From the NCBI GenBank assembly GCA_963804525.1, contig CAWDQO010000005.1:543261-607260 (forward strand): DNA of 64,000 nt. Reading direction: 5' to 3'. Source of the DNA: an uncultured Thermoplasmata archaeon (lineage in GTDB: Archaea > Thermoplasmatota > Thermoplasmata > Lutacidiplasmatales > UBA184). Made by a program: the position numbers and the translations under genes. Below, piece after piece: positions 36,873 to 46,107 of the stretch; within the stretch, counting starts at the first letter, position 1, and each line of letters starts with the position of its first letter. The notes under the pieces were generated by a model. It saw only the letters and a program-made list of their open reading frames with translations, was not told the DNA's origin and did no database searches.

Positions 36873-38532
36873 GTGTCCGACGCGACCCGCTCCCAAATCC
36901 GCCTTCGGTTGACCGCGCTCTTCGGCGTGCTCGGCGTATTCACCGTCGCCGGGATCGTCCTGCTCAGCTCGGGGGCCGCGGCCTCCAGCCATGCCGCCCC
37001 CACCGCCGCCCTCCCGATGGCGAGCCCCGCGCAGTGGGCGCAGCTCGTCCCGGCCGTTTCTCCCCGGGCTCGCCGCGGGCGGGGCCATGGCGTACGACCC
37101 GGTCGACGGCTACCTCGTGCTGTTCGGCGGGTGCGACAGCGGAAACTTCTGGTTCTCGACGTCTACCCCACCAACCAGACCTGGGTCTACCAGAACGGCA
37201 GCTGGAGCCAACTTTCCCCGACCGTTTCGCCCCCGGCCCGGTACGACGCGAGCCTCGCCTGGGATGGGGAAGCCCAGTCGCTGGTCCTGTTCGGCGGGAA
37301 CGGATCCGTCACCACCGGGTTCCTCAACGACACGTGGACGTTCGTCCACGGCCAGTGGACCCAGCAGCACCCGACGGTGAGCCCGCCGGCGCGCGCCGCC
37401 GCCGCGATGGTCTACGACGCCCGCGACGGCTATGTGCTCCTGGTCGACGGCGAGCAGTACCCGGACCCTCACGAACGCCGCGACGTACACCTACGTCGGC
37501 GCCGACTTCAACGACTCCTGGGCGTACTCCGGCGGGAACTGGACGCAGCTCCACCCGACCGACAACCCCTCAGCCCGGGACTCGATGAGCATCACCTACG
37601 ACCCGATGCTCGGGGAGGTCGTCCTCTTTGGTGGATTCAACTGGACGACGTACAACCTGGACGACACCTGGGCGTTCTCCGGTGGGCAGTGGTCCCCGGT
37701 CGCGACCTGGGGGGTCGGGTCGGGCGTGACGTACGTCGTTGCCCCGGCGGACCGCAACAACGCGGCGTTCGCCTACGACCCCGCCCTCGGGACCGACGTG
37801 CTCTTCGGCGGCCACAGCGGGTACGCGTTCTACTCGGACACCTGGGAGTTCAATGGCTCGTTCTGGTTCCAGCTGAACAGCTCGAGCTCCCCGTCGCCGC
37901 GGTGGGGCGCGAGCATGGCCTACGACCCCGCCGCCGGGTGCATGATCCTGTACGGAGGCTACACCACGGGGAACGCGTGGAACAACACCGCGGGCACCTT
38001 CTTCAACGACACCTGGTCGATCGGATGCGGCAACGCAACGGGCGGGTCGGGCGGCGGCAACGGATCCGGGAGCGGCAACGGTTCCGGCGGGAACGGGTCC
38101 GGGAGCGGCAACGGTTCCGGCGGGAACGGGTCGGGGAGCGGCAACGGCTCCGGCGGCAACGGGTCTGGGTCGGGCAGCGGCTCCGGCGGGGGCAACGGCT
38201 CGGGGACCGGAAACGGTTCTGGGAGCGGAAGCGGCTCCGGAAACGGCAGCGGCTCCGGTGGGAGCGGCGGCTCGGGAACGGGCGGCGGCTCCGGCGGAGG
38301 GAACGGCTCCGGATCCGGCAATGGCTCTGACGTGGCCCACCCCGGCGGTAGCCCGGGACGTGGCTCCGTCGCGTCGCCGATCACGACGCCGTCGGCCGCG
38401 GGGGCGCCCGCCGCGGGACCGTTCGGGTCCTCGGCGATGGTGAGCCCGGTGGGGTTCCTGCTCTACGTGCTGCTCTCGGTCGGGCTCCTCATGTTCGTCG
38501 TCGTCGTGAGGCGCCGGTCCCAGCGCCGCTAG
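36873..38532 (+). CDS. Kelch-repeat surface protein 2: N-terminal signal anchor, ~5 Kelch blades, (NGSGSG)n sequon array, C-terminal TM anchor; 3 frame breaks (~37060-37075, ~37140-37165, ~37460-37472)
   Basis: GTG start VSDATRSQIRLRLTALFGVLGVFTVAGIVLL. Blades ...AMAYDPVDGYLVLFGG, WSQLSPTVSPPARYDASLAWDGEAQSLVLFGG, SMSITYDPMLGEVVLFGGFNW, AFAYDPALGTDVLFGG, ASMAYDPAAGCMILYGG. C-terminus VGFLLYVLLSVGLLMFVVVVRRRSQRR. Confidence 0.55.
38040..38335 (+). repeat. in-frame tandem repeat (unit ~33 nt ggcaacggttccggcgggaacgggtccgggagc, ~9 copies) encoding an Asn-Gly-Ser sequon array
   Basis: Translates to GNGSGSGNGSGGNGSGSGNGSGG...; every NGS is an N-glycosylation sequon. Located in the stalk between the Kelch domain and the membrane anchor. 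Confidence 0.75.
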
Positions 38533-38644
38533 GACGGAACGAGCGGCCTGCCCCGCGACTGGGGGCCAACTCCTTCCCAACCGCGCGGGTGCCGGGGTGC
38601 GAGCGTCGGGCTCCCCCCTCCGGGCGGCGTGAGACGACCGGTCG

Positions 38645-40852
38645 ATGGGACTCAAGCCTCCTCGATTAATACCGGGCGTTGGTCCTCGCCCCGTGCGAGT
38701 CCCCTCCCGCGTACGGCCGGCTCCCCGGCGCGCGATTCGGGCGGCGAGCCTCGCCATCGCGCTCGGGATGCTGATGACCGCGCTCCCGGCGTCGCTCGGA
38801 GCCGCGGGGAACGGCCCCACGTCCCCCCCGAGCCGAGCCCTCAGCGTCGGCGCCGCCCTGCCCGCAGGGTCGACCCACTTGGCGGTCGCCGCACTCCCGC
38901 ATCCCCGCACCGTGCCGCACCGGATGCTGTCCGGAGGGCTCGTGATCGACCCCAACGCTTCGTACACGTCGGAGCCGGCCCCGATGGGCATCACCGACTA
39001 CGGCGTCACCCCGTCCGGGGTCGGGTACTCGTATGCCACTCCGGTCGTCCAGGGGAGCGCGACGATCGATTCGTTCGCCGTCGCCGACGGCTCCTCCGGG
39101 ACGAACATGACGTTCCAGCTGAACGTCGAGGACGTCGTGGTGAGCGGCTCGTCTTCGTTCGTCTTCTGGGTCCAGGACGTCGCGTTCTTCGACACCCAGT
39201 CCCACCTGATCTTCTGGGAGGACAACGTCTGGAACCTCACCGGGGGGACGGGGAATCTCTACACCTCGTCGGTCGCCGGGAACGGGACGGTCTACTCGAG
39301 CTACTACTACGCGGACGTCGCCAACGGGTACCCGGGTCCGGGGTCGTCCTCAGCGAGCCGACAACGATCAGCGCCCGGGTCGTCGCCACCAACGCCTCCG
39401 GCACTCCCCACGTCGGGTTCGAGTACTCCGACGGCGACGGCTGGGTCACCTTCGACAACGTCACGTTCCCGTTCACCTCGGTCGGGGTCGAAGAGGGGTT
39501 CCTCGTCGACGGCTTCGACTACACCCCGTCGGGCGGGTACTACGACGCCGAGTGGGACCTGAGCGGACCGGGCGGGGGCCAGACGCAGGCGATCCGTACC
39601 GCGGACATGAACCTCAGCCTCTCGGTCTGGAACGGGCACAATCTGCAGGCCGTGCGGGCGGCGTACAACCACGGCGGGAACACCGCGGAGTCGATGTCGA
39701 ACGCGATCGACGGGTTCGCGGCGGACAACGCGACGGGGGCGCTCTACGCCCATACGGTGAACGGAAGCGGGGGGCTCGGCGCCCTGTACGGCCCCGGTTC
39801 CACCTCGACGCTCCGGGTCATCACGGCGAACGTCGAGCGCCGGCACGCTCGCGCTGAACGGGACCGACGTTTCGTTTATCGGCTCGCTCGCGAACCTGAC
39901 CCTCGCCCCTGGGACGTACACGGTCGACCTCGAGGTGAACGGGAGCGTCGTCGGCTCCGCCAACGTGACGCTCGTCGCCGGGGAGTTCCTCGCGATCACG
40001 ATCGCGCCGTACAACTACTACCCCCTCCGGTTCGTTTCCTATGGGCTCCCGACCGGGCAGCCGTGGTCGGTGACGGTCGCGGGGGTCCCCCTCTCCGGAA
40101 CGGACGCTGCGCTCCTCCTGTCGATGCGTTCCGGGAACTACTCGTACGACGTCGCGGGGGTCGGCGGCTACTACCTCCCGACATATGCGGGGGTCGTGGA
40201 CGTCCCCGCCACGGACCTGGTCACCCTCAGCTGGCTCCCGACCGTCTACGTCTCGGAATTCCTCGCGGAGAACGACCCGGGAGGAGTCCCGTGGAACGTC
40301 GCCGTCGATGGGCAGAACGTTTCGGGCACCGCGCTCGCCCTCTTCGTTTCCCTGCCCAACGGGACGTTCGCCTACGCGGCCTCGGCCCCGCGAGCGGAGT
40401 CGCTCTATCCCGCGACCGGGGACGCGCAGGTGGCCGGCGCCGGCACCATGGTGTACATCTCGTTCGCCGTTTCCCCCGGGGTCCTCCGGGGGTCGATCGT
40501 TCCCGGCTTCGCCCACCTGACGGTGGCGGGGACCCCGGAGAACGTGTCCGACGGGGCGTTCGAGCTCTCGCTCCCGCCCGGAAATTACACGGTCGTCGCG
40601 ACCCTCGCGGGATACCAGCCGTACTCCGGGAGCGTCTCGCTCGCCGCCGGGGGAACCGAGTCCCTGAACATCACGCTCGTCCCGGTACCCGCCACCCCCG
40701 GCTCCAATTCGTCGTCCCACCCGGGAGGGCTCTGGGGACTCGCCTGGAGCTCCTGGGCCTTGATCGGGCTCGGCGTCGCCGCCCTCGTGGCCCTCGCGGC
40801 GATCGCAGCCCTCCGGCGGCCTCGGCCCCCCGCCCCCGCTCGGACCCAATAG
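38645..40852 (+). CDS. secreted, C-terminally TM-anchored thermopsin-like (peptidase A5?) protein; 2 frame breaks (~39335-39345 in a G-run, ~39830-39845)
   Basis: N-terminal signal, then GITDYGVTPSGVGYSYATPVVQGSATIDSF...FQLNVEDVVVSGSSSFVFWVQDVAFFDTQSHLIFWEDNVWN, recalled as a thermopsin-family pattern (family call tentative). C-terminal beta-sandwich repeats and anchor WSSWALIGLGVAALVALAAIAALRR. Confidence 0.45.
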
Positions 40853-41018
40853 CGACGGGTCGCGCGGGCGGCACTCGCCGGAGCGTAGACCCCCGGCGTA
40901 CGAGACCGCAGACCGCCCGCCCATGTCCGGAGCTCGTCGCTCGCGCGTCCGGGCCGGGACCCACAAAGACCTTCGGACAACGTGCTCTTCCAACCCCGCA
41001 AGATCCCTGCGTCAAGGT

Positions 41019-41744
41019 ATGAGGACGGAAGCTGGACCGGCCGCGTTGGACGCGCGGCGCCGAACGCTCCGCGGTTCCGGTCCGGTCGTCGGGATCGACC
41101 TCGCGGGGAGCGAGACGCGACGGACCGGATTCTGCCGGATGGAGGTCGACCTCCGGACCGAGACGGAGGTGCTCGGGCCGGACGCCGAGATCGTCGCGGC
41201 GGTCCGGGCCGCCGCGCCCCGCGTCGTGAGCATCGATGCCCCCCTCTTCCTCCCGCTCGGGCGGCCGTCGATCGAGACGCCGGGCCCTCCGCACCTGCGG
41301 GCGTCGGACCGGGTCCTCCTTCGCCTCGGGATCCGGTTCTTCCCGATCTCCCTCGGGCCGATGCGGGTCCTGACGACCCGGGGGCTCCGGCTCCGCGCGG
41401 CGCTCGAATCCGAAGGGTTCCGAACGATCGAGGGGTATCCCGGAGCCGGTCAGGACCTCCTCGGGATCCCGCGGAAGGGGGCCGGGGTCGATGCGCTGCG
41501 GGCCGGGCTCGTCCGGGCCGGTCTCACGGGCGGGATCGAGGACGGTCGGACGACGCACGACGAGCTCGACGCGGCGTCCGCGGCGTACCTCGGGGACCGG
41601 TTTCTCGCCGGCGACTTCGTCGCCGTCGGGGACCCGTCCGAGGGGTGGATGGTCCTCGCGCCGCAGGCAGCGGCCCTGGCCCGGCTGCGGGCGAGCGCAG
41701 GGCGAACGGTCAAGCCCCGCCCCGCGCTGCGGTCCGGTCGATGA
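41019..41744 (+). CDS. hypothetical protein with RNase-H-like VVGIDLAGSE N-terminus (possibly DUF429)
   Basis: MRTEAGPAALDARRRTLRGSGPVVGIDLAGSETRRTGFCRMEV...; family assignment tentative. Confidence 0.45.
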   Translation: MRTEAGPAALDARRRTLRGSGPVVGIDLAGSETRRTGFCRMEVDLRTETEVLGPDAEIVAAVRAAAPRVVSIDAPLFLPLGRPSIETPGPPHLRASDRVLLRLGIRFFPISLGPMRVLTTRGLRLRAALESEGFRTIEGYPGAGQDLLGIPRKGAGVDALRAGLVRAGLTGGIEDGRTTHDELDAASAAYLGDRFLAGDFVAVGDPSEGWMVLAPQAAALARLRASAGRTVKPRPALRSGR

Positions 41745-42381
41745 CGTTCGATGAGATGTACCGGGACGGCCACCCCCCCTGGGATATCGGCCGGCCGCAG
41801 TCGGAGGTCCTCCACCTCCTCGAGGAGGGGGTCGTGATGGCGCCGGTGCTCGACATCGGGTGCGGGACGGGGGAGACCGCCCTCGCCTGCGCGGCGCGGG
41901 GACTCGCGGTCCGGGGGATCGACGGCTCGCCGACCGCGGTCGAGCGGGCCCGCGAGAAGGCGAAGGCCCGCGGCCTCGACGTCCGGTTCGATGTGGGGGA
42001 CGCGCTCTCGCTCGGGGGCCTCGGCGAGACGTTCCGGACCGTCCTCGACTGCGGTCTCTTCCACGTCTTCGACGACGCCGACCGGGTCCGGGTACGCGTC
42101 GAGCCTGTTCGAGGCGATCCGACCGCGGGGGTCCGCGTTCGTCCTCGCCTTCAGCGACGCCGAGCCGAACTGGGGCGGTCCGCGGCGGGTCCGGGCGGAG
42201 GAGTTCGAGGCGGCGTTCGGCGAGCGGTTCGAGGTCGTCGAGGTCCGTCGCGCCGGGTTCGAGACGACCGACCCGGCGCAGCTCGTCCAGGCCTGGCGGG
42301 TCCGCCTCGACCGGCGGGCCCGGCTGTTCCGGGACGCGAACCCGGCGGCCCCGGTCCCGAAGGACCCCACCCGGGGCCTAG
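41741..42381 (+). CDS. class I SAM-dependent methyltransferase (TehB/TPMT-like); frame break ~42085-42095, 3' end uncertain
   Basis: ATGA overlap with the upstream gene. MTFDEMYRDGHPPWDIGRPQ, motif I VLDIGCGTGETAL. After DDADRVR the protein continues in another frame (YASSLFEAIRPRGSAFVLAFSD...). The TAG at 42379-42381 would be the stop if a further shift to frame 1 exists. Confidence 0.45.
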
Positions 42382-44189
42382 GTCGGGGCCGGGGGTCGCG
42401 CCCCCAACTGCTCGGCGAAGAACTCGGCGGCCCGACCGTACGCCCGCTCGCGGTTCGTCCGCCCGACGATCCCATGCCCCTCGTCGTCGAACATCATCAG
42501 CTCGACCGTCCGGCCGTGCGACCGGAGCGTGTCGACGATCTGCTCGGCCTCGCGGGCGGGGACGCGCGGGTCGTTGCGGCCGTGGATGACGAGGAGCGGG
42601 GCGGTGATCCGGTCCGCGTGATGGATCGGGGAGATCGAGGTGAGGAACTCCCGGTCCTGGTCGAGCCTCCCGTACTCCGCCTCCCGCACCGCCCGCCGCC
42701 ACGGGCCGGTCTCCTCGAGGAACGTGACGAAGTTCGCGATCCCGACGATGTCGACGCCGGCCCCGAACAGCTCCGGGTACGTCGCGAGCGACGAGAGGAC
42801 CATGAACCCGCCGTAGCTGCCGCCGAGGACCCCGATCCGGCCCCGCTCGGCGTGGCGGACGCGGACGAGGTGCTCGACGAGGTCGTTGAGGTCCCGGACG
42901 CTGTCCATCCGGAGGCGGACGTCGTCGAGGTGGACGAACGTGCGGCCGTACCCGAGCGACCCGCGGACGTTCGGCACGACGAGCCGCCACCCCTCGGCGA
43001 CGAGGAACTGGCGGAACCGGTTCAGGCCGGGGCGGGCCTGCGCCTCCGGGCCCCCATGGACCTCGACGATCGTCCCCCGGGCCGGCCCGACGGGGGCGTA
43101 CTCCCAGTACGGCACCTTCGTCCGGTCGGAGGCGACGCACGTGCCGAGCTTCGGGGGGCTCAACCGGACCGGCACCGGGCGGGCCGAGGTCGTGAGGCGA
43201 CGGGGCTTCCCCGTCTCGATCGACCGCCGGTACACCTCCACGCCGTCGACGGAGGAGAGGTCGTGGGCGAACGCGGTCCCATCCGGTGCCCACGAGACGT
43301 GGGAGACGACGCCGTGGGGCGACGTCGGCAGGGGCCGGTCGGTCCCGGTCGATGGCTCGTAGAGGTGGAGCTCGGTCCAGCCGTCCCGGTTGACTCCGAG
43401 GAGGAGGGAGTTCCCGTCCGGGCTCGCCCGGACGATCTCGACGTCGCCGGGGTACTCGCGGAGGAACTCGTGCCCGGGCCGGCCGGGCCGGTACCGCACG
43501 AGGGCGGCGAATTCCCGGCCGGGGTTCGCGGCCGCGTAGACGGCATCGCGGGTCAGGTCGGCCCCGAAGACCGTCTCCTCCCCCTCGTGGGGGTTCAAGT
43601 GGACGACCCGGTCCCCCTCGAGGAGGAGCAGGTCGACGTCGAGGTTCGTCTTGCTCCGCGCCACCAGGGCCCGGTCGGCGTCCGCCGCGACGACGTCGTG
43701 CAACGAGTCGCCGGCGAGGAGGACCCGGGGGGTCGGGTCCGGCGATTGCACGGGGAGGGTGTAGACGTCGAAAAATCGTTGGTCCCGCGCGTTCGACGCG
43801 AACAGGTAGTCGTTTCCACCGGGTCGCCACGCCCCTGCCGAATGGATCACCTTCGGGGAGTTCGTCAGCGGCCGCAGGGACGCTTTCGGCGAATCAGTGC
43901 CGCTGAGGAGCGCGAGCTGCCAATGCTCGTCCCCGCCCGAGTCGACCGAGATGACGGCGGTCGCGGCGGTCGGGGAGGCGTGGACGGTGCCGACGCGTCG
44001 GCGGACGGGGGAGATCGGCGACGACGACCCGCCGCCCGCCGAGACCCGGAACGCCTGCGGGAGCTCCCCGGGGTCGGAGAGGTAGAGGACCGATTCTCCG
44101 TCGAACGCCATCGAGGGTTGGTAGGAGGCGGCGACGTCGAACCAGGTCCGCAAGCGCTCGCGGAGCGCGACGGGGCCCGATTGAGCCAT
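42378..44189 (-). CDS. S9-family serine peptidase (prolyl oligopeptidase / acylaminoacyl-peptidase-like)
   Basis: Start MAQSGPVALRERL (rc 44187-44189). N-terminal beta-propeller region; catalytic GGSYGG nucleophile motif; C-terminal D and H context (VIHGRNDPRV, DDEGHGI). Confidence 0.85.
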   Translation of the reverse strand: MAQSGPVALRERLRTWFDVAASYQPSMAFDGESVLYLSDPGELPQAFRVSAGGGSSSPISPVRRRVGTVHASPTAATAVISVDSGGDEHWQLALLSGTDSPKASLRPLTNSPKVIHSAGAWRPGGNDYLFASNARDQRFFDVYTLPVQSPDPTPRVLLAGDSLHDVVAADADRALVARSKTNLDVDLLLLEGDRVVHLNPHEGEETVFGADLTRDAVYAAANPGREFAALVRYRPGRPGHEFLREYPGDVEIVRASPDGNSLLLGVNRDGWTELHLYEPSTGTDRPLPTSPHGVVSHVSWAPDGTAFAHDLSSVDGVEVYRRSIETGKPRRLTTSARPVPVRLSPPKLGTCVASDRTKVPYWEYAPVGPARGTIVEVHGGPEAQARPGLNRFRQFLVAEGWRLVVPNVRGSLGYGRTFVHLDDVRLRMDSVRDLNDLVEHLVRVRHAERGRIGVLGGSYGGFMVLSSLATYPELFGAGVDIVGIANFVTFLEETGPWRRAVREAEYGRLDQDREFLTSISPIHHADRITAPLLVIHGRNDPRVPAREAEQIVDTLRSHGRTVELMMFDDEGHGIVGRTNRERAYGRAAEFFAEQLGARPPAPT

Positions 44190-44289
44190 TCGAAGTTCGC
44201 GAGACGAGGCGGGGGATAAGGGCCCCGCCGCACGCGCGGGACGGCGACCTCGGGCGCGACGAGATAAGGACGGGACGCTCCGCGGGGCG

Positions 44290-44982
44290 ATGGCGCGGAC
44301 CGGCGGACTTGGCCGGTCCGAGGCCGAGTTCGACCGCGAGGCGGCGGGGTACGACCGGACCGCCGCCCAGACGATGCCGGGGTACGACGAGCTCCACCAG
44401 ACCCTCCTCTGGGGGATCCCGTTCTCCCCGACCCGCGGGTTCCGGGTCCTCGAGCTCGGGGTCGGGACCGGCACGTTCACCGCCCGGCTCCTGGCCCGCT
44501 ACCCGCACGCCGAGCTCGTCGGGGTCGACCTCTCCCGGCGGATGATCGCGCTTGGCCGGGCGAAGCTGCGGCGGTACCGCGACCGGGTGACGCTCCTCCA
44601 GGGGGACCTCGCCGAGTTCCCGGACGCCGAGAAGTACGACGCGGTCGTCTCGTCGCTCGCGATCCACCACCTCGCCGACGGGGCGAAGTGGAAGCTGTTC
44701 CGGAAGGTCCGCCGCTCGCTCGCCCCGGGGGGCTACTTCGGGGACGCCGACGACCACCTTCCCGAGGACCCCGTGTTCGATTCCCGGTTCGGCCAGGTCG
44801 CCCAGGAGCTGGTCGGCCACGGGACGTCCCAGAGCCTCCAGAGGGTCTGGCACGAGCACGAGGCGTTCGACCACCCGTGCGCCCTCTCCGACGAGGTCCG
44901 TCACCTGAAGTCGGCCGGTTTCTCCCACGTCGACGTTCCCTGGCGGTTCTTCGGCCAGGCGGTTGTCTGGGCGTACCGGTAG
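44290..44982 (+). CDS. class I SAM-dependent methyltransferase
   Basis: VLELGVGTGTFTARL motif I, DAVVSSLAIHH; clean 230-aa ORF; GATAAGG TATA-like element 27 nt upstream. Confidence 0.8.
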   Translation: MARTGGLGRSEAEFDREAAGYDRTAAQTMPGYDELHQTLLWGIPFSPTRGFRVLELGVGTGTFTARLLARYPHAELVGVDLSRRMIALGRAKLRRYRDRVTLLQGDLAEFPDAEKYDAVVSSLAIHHLADGAKWKLFRKVRRSLAPGGYFGDADDHLPEDPVFDSRFGQVAQELVGHGTSQSLQRVWHEHEAFDHPCALSDEVRHLKSAGFSHVDVPWRFFGQAVVWAYR

Positions 44983-45007
44983 GCCCGGGGACGCCCGCGA
45001 CGGAAGC

Positions 45008-45017
45008 CTTTTCATCT
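45008..45017 (+). promoter_or_regulatory. T-rich element (CTTTTCATCT) ~25 nt upstream of the tRNA-His 5' end; could also be the oligo-T terminator of the upstream methyltransferase
   Basis: Only T-run in this GC-rich intergenic region. Confidence 0.3.
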
Positions 45018-45039
45018 CGCCGCGACCTCGCTCGGGTGC

Positions 45040-45147
45040 GGCCGGGATGGGGTAGTTTGGCCTATCCTGGGGGACTGTGGATCCCTCGACCCGGGTTCAA
45101 ACGAGGACGGGGCCGACCCCCGTTCTCGGAGACTCTCGGTCCCGGCC
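45040..45147 (+). tRNA. tRNA-His (anticodon GTG) with a candidate 32-nt intron in the T-arm (after nucleotide 60, ~45103-45134)
   Basis: 8-bp acceptor stem GGCCGGGA/TCCCGGCC including G-1:C73 (His hallmark). Conserved U8, A14, G15:C48, G18G19, A21, G26. Anticodon stem GGGGA/TCCCT with loop CTGTGGA (U33, GTG, G37). T-stem CCGGG + loop TTCAAAC, with 3' strand CTCGG found only after a 32-nt GC hairpin insert. No CCA encoded. Confidence 0.55.
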
Positions 45148-45951
45148 CTACCGGGTCTTCCGGCGACGGGACGCTCCCGTCGCCGGCTTCTTCGGAGGGG
45201 AGCCGGGGGGCGGAACGATCCGTTCGAGCGCCTCGGGAAGCTCGGAGAGGGAGTAGTCGGCCCACGCGGCCCCCCAGCGGGTCAGGTCGTCGGGGCTGAG
45301 GGTCCAGCTCTGGAGCCGGGTCGCCCGGGCGACCGAGATAACCCCCTCGACCGATTGGGCAGCCTCGAGGTCGAACCGGGAGTCGCCGACGAGGATGAGC
45401 GGGGCTCCGGGGTACCTTCGACGGTACTCCGCGAGGTGCTCCCGTTTTGTGCCCTGCCCGGAGCCGAGGACGTCCTCGAACCAGTACCGGAGCCCCTCGC
45501 GCTCCAGGACGAGGTCGGCCATCTCCCGTTCGGCGCCGGTCGAGACGGCGAGGGTCCACTTCGCCGCGGCGAGCCGCTTCAGCGTCCTCGGCATCTCCGG
45601 GAACGGCTTCGCGATGGCGTACGCCTCCTGGACCTTCCGCATGTGGAACGTCCGGGCGACCGAGCGCCGGTCGTCCTCGGAGGCGTTCCGGTACAATTGG
45701 GAGAGCTGCGCCTCGAACGGCATCCCGGTCGTGGCGAGGTAGTGGAGGCGGCCCTCCAGTTCCGGGGTGCCGAACGTCTCGAACAGGAGCTTCCCCGCGA
45801 GCTCGCTGATCGGACCCATGTCGTCGAGGAGGGTCCCGTCGACGTCGAAGATGACCGCCCCCCGCTCGAGCCGCCTCGGCTCCACGGTCGGTTCCTCCCG
45901 GATCACCGCCCGGGAGATCTCGGCGAACTGGGAGGTCGCCGGTCCGACCAT
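45148..45951 (-). CDS. HAD-superfamily hydrolase (phosphatase)
   Basis: Motif I VIFDVDGTLLDD; motif IV LILVGDSRFDLEAA. Start chosen at MVGPATSQ (rc 45949-45951); the longer ORF N-terminus is junk. Confidence 0.7.
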   Translation of the reverse strand: MVGPATSQFAEISRAVIREEPTVEPRRLERGAVIFDVDGTLLDDMGPISELAGKLLFETFGTPELEGRLHYLATTGMPFEAQLSQLYRNASEDDRRSVARTFHMRKVQEAYAIAKPFPEMPRTLKRLAAAKWTLAVSTGAEREMADLVLEREGLRYWFEDVLGSGQGTKREHLAEYRRRYPGAPLILVGDSRFDLEAAQSVEGVISVARATRLQSWTLSPDDLTRWGAAWADYSLSELPEALERIVPPPGSPPKKPATGASRRRKTR

Positions 45952-46107
45952 CGGGAGGGGAGTGCCACCGGCGGGGGGCGTCGCGCGGCTCGTCGTCCGC
46001 CGGCGTTCGCCGAGCCATCGGACCCGGCGAGCCGGTTCGGGGGATAAGCCGACCGGGGCGGCCGACGGCCGGCTTTTCCCTCGGTCGGCCTGCCCGGTTC
46101 GGACGCC

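Noticed and set aside
38040-38335. Tandem ~33-nt repeat array considered as a CRISPR-like or non-coding repeat.
   Set aside because: It is in frame inside a gene and encodes an (NGSGSG)n linker. There are no unique spacers or nearby cas genes.
45103-45134. GC-rich hairpin (ACGGGG-CCGA-CCCCGT) downstream of the methyltransferase read as an intrinsic terminator.
   Set aside because: It sits inside an otherwise complete tRNA-His cloverleaf exactly where a T-arm intron would be. Archaeal terminators are oligo-T tracts, not hairpins.
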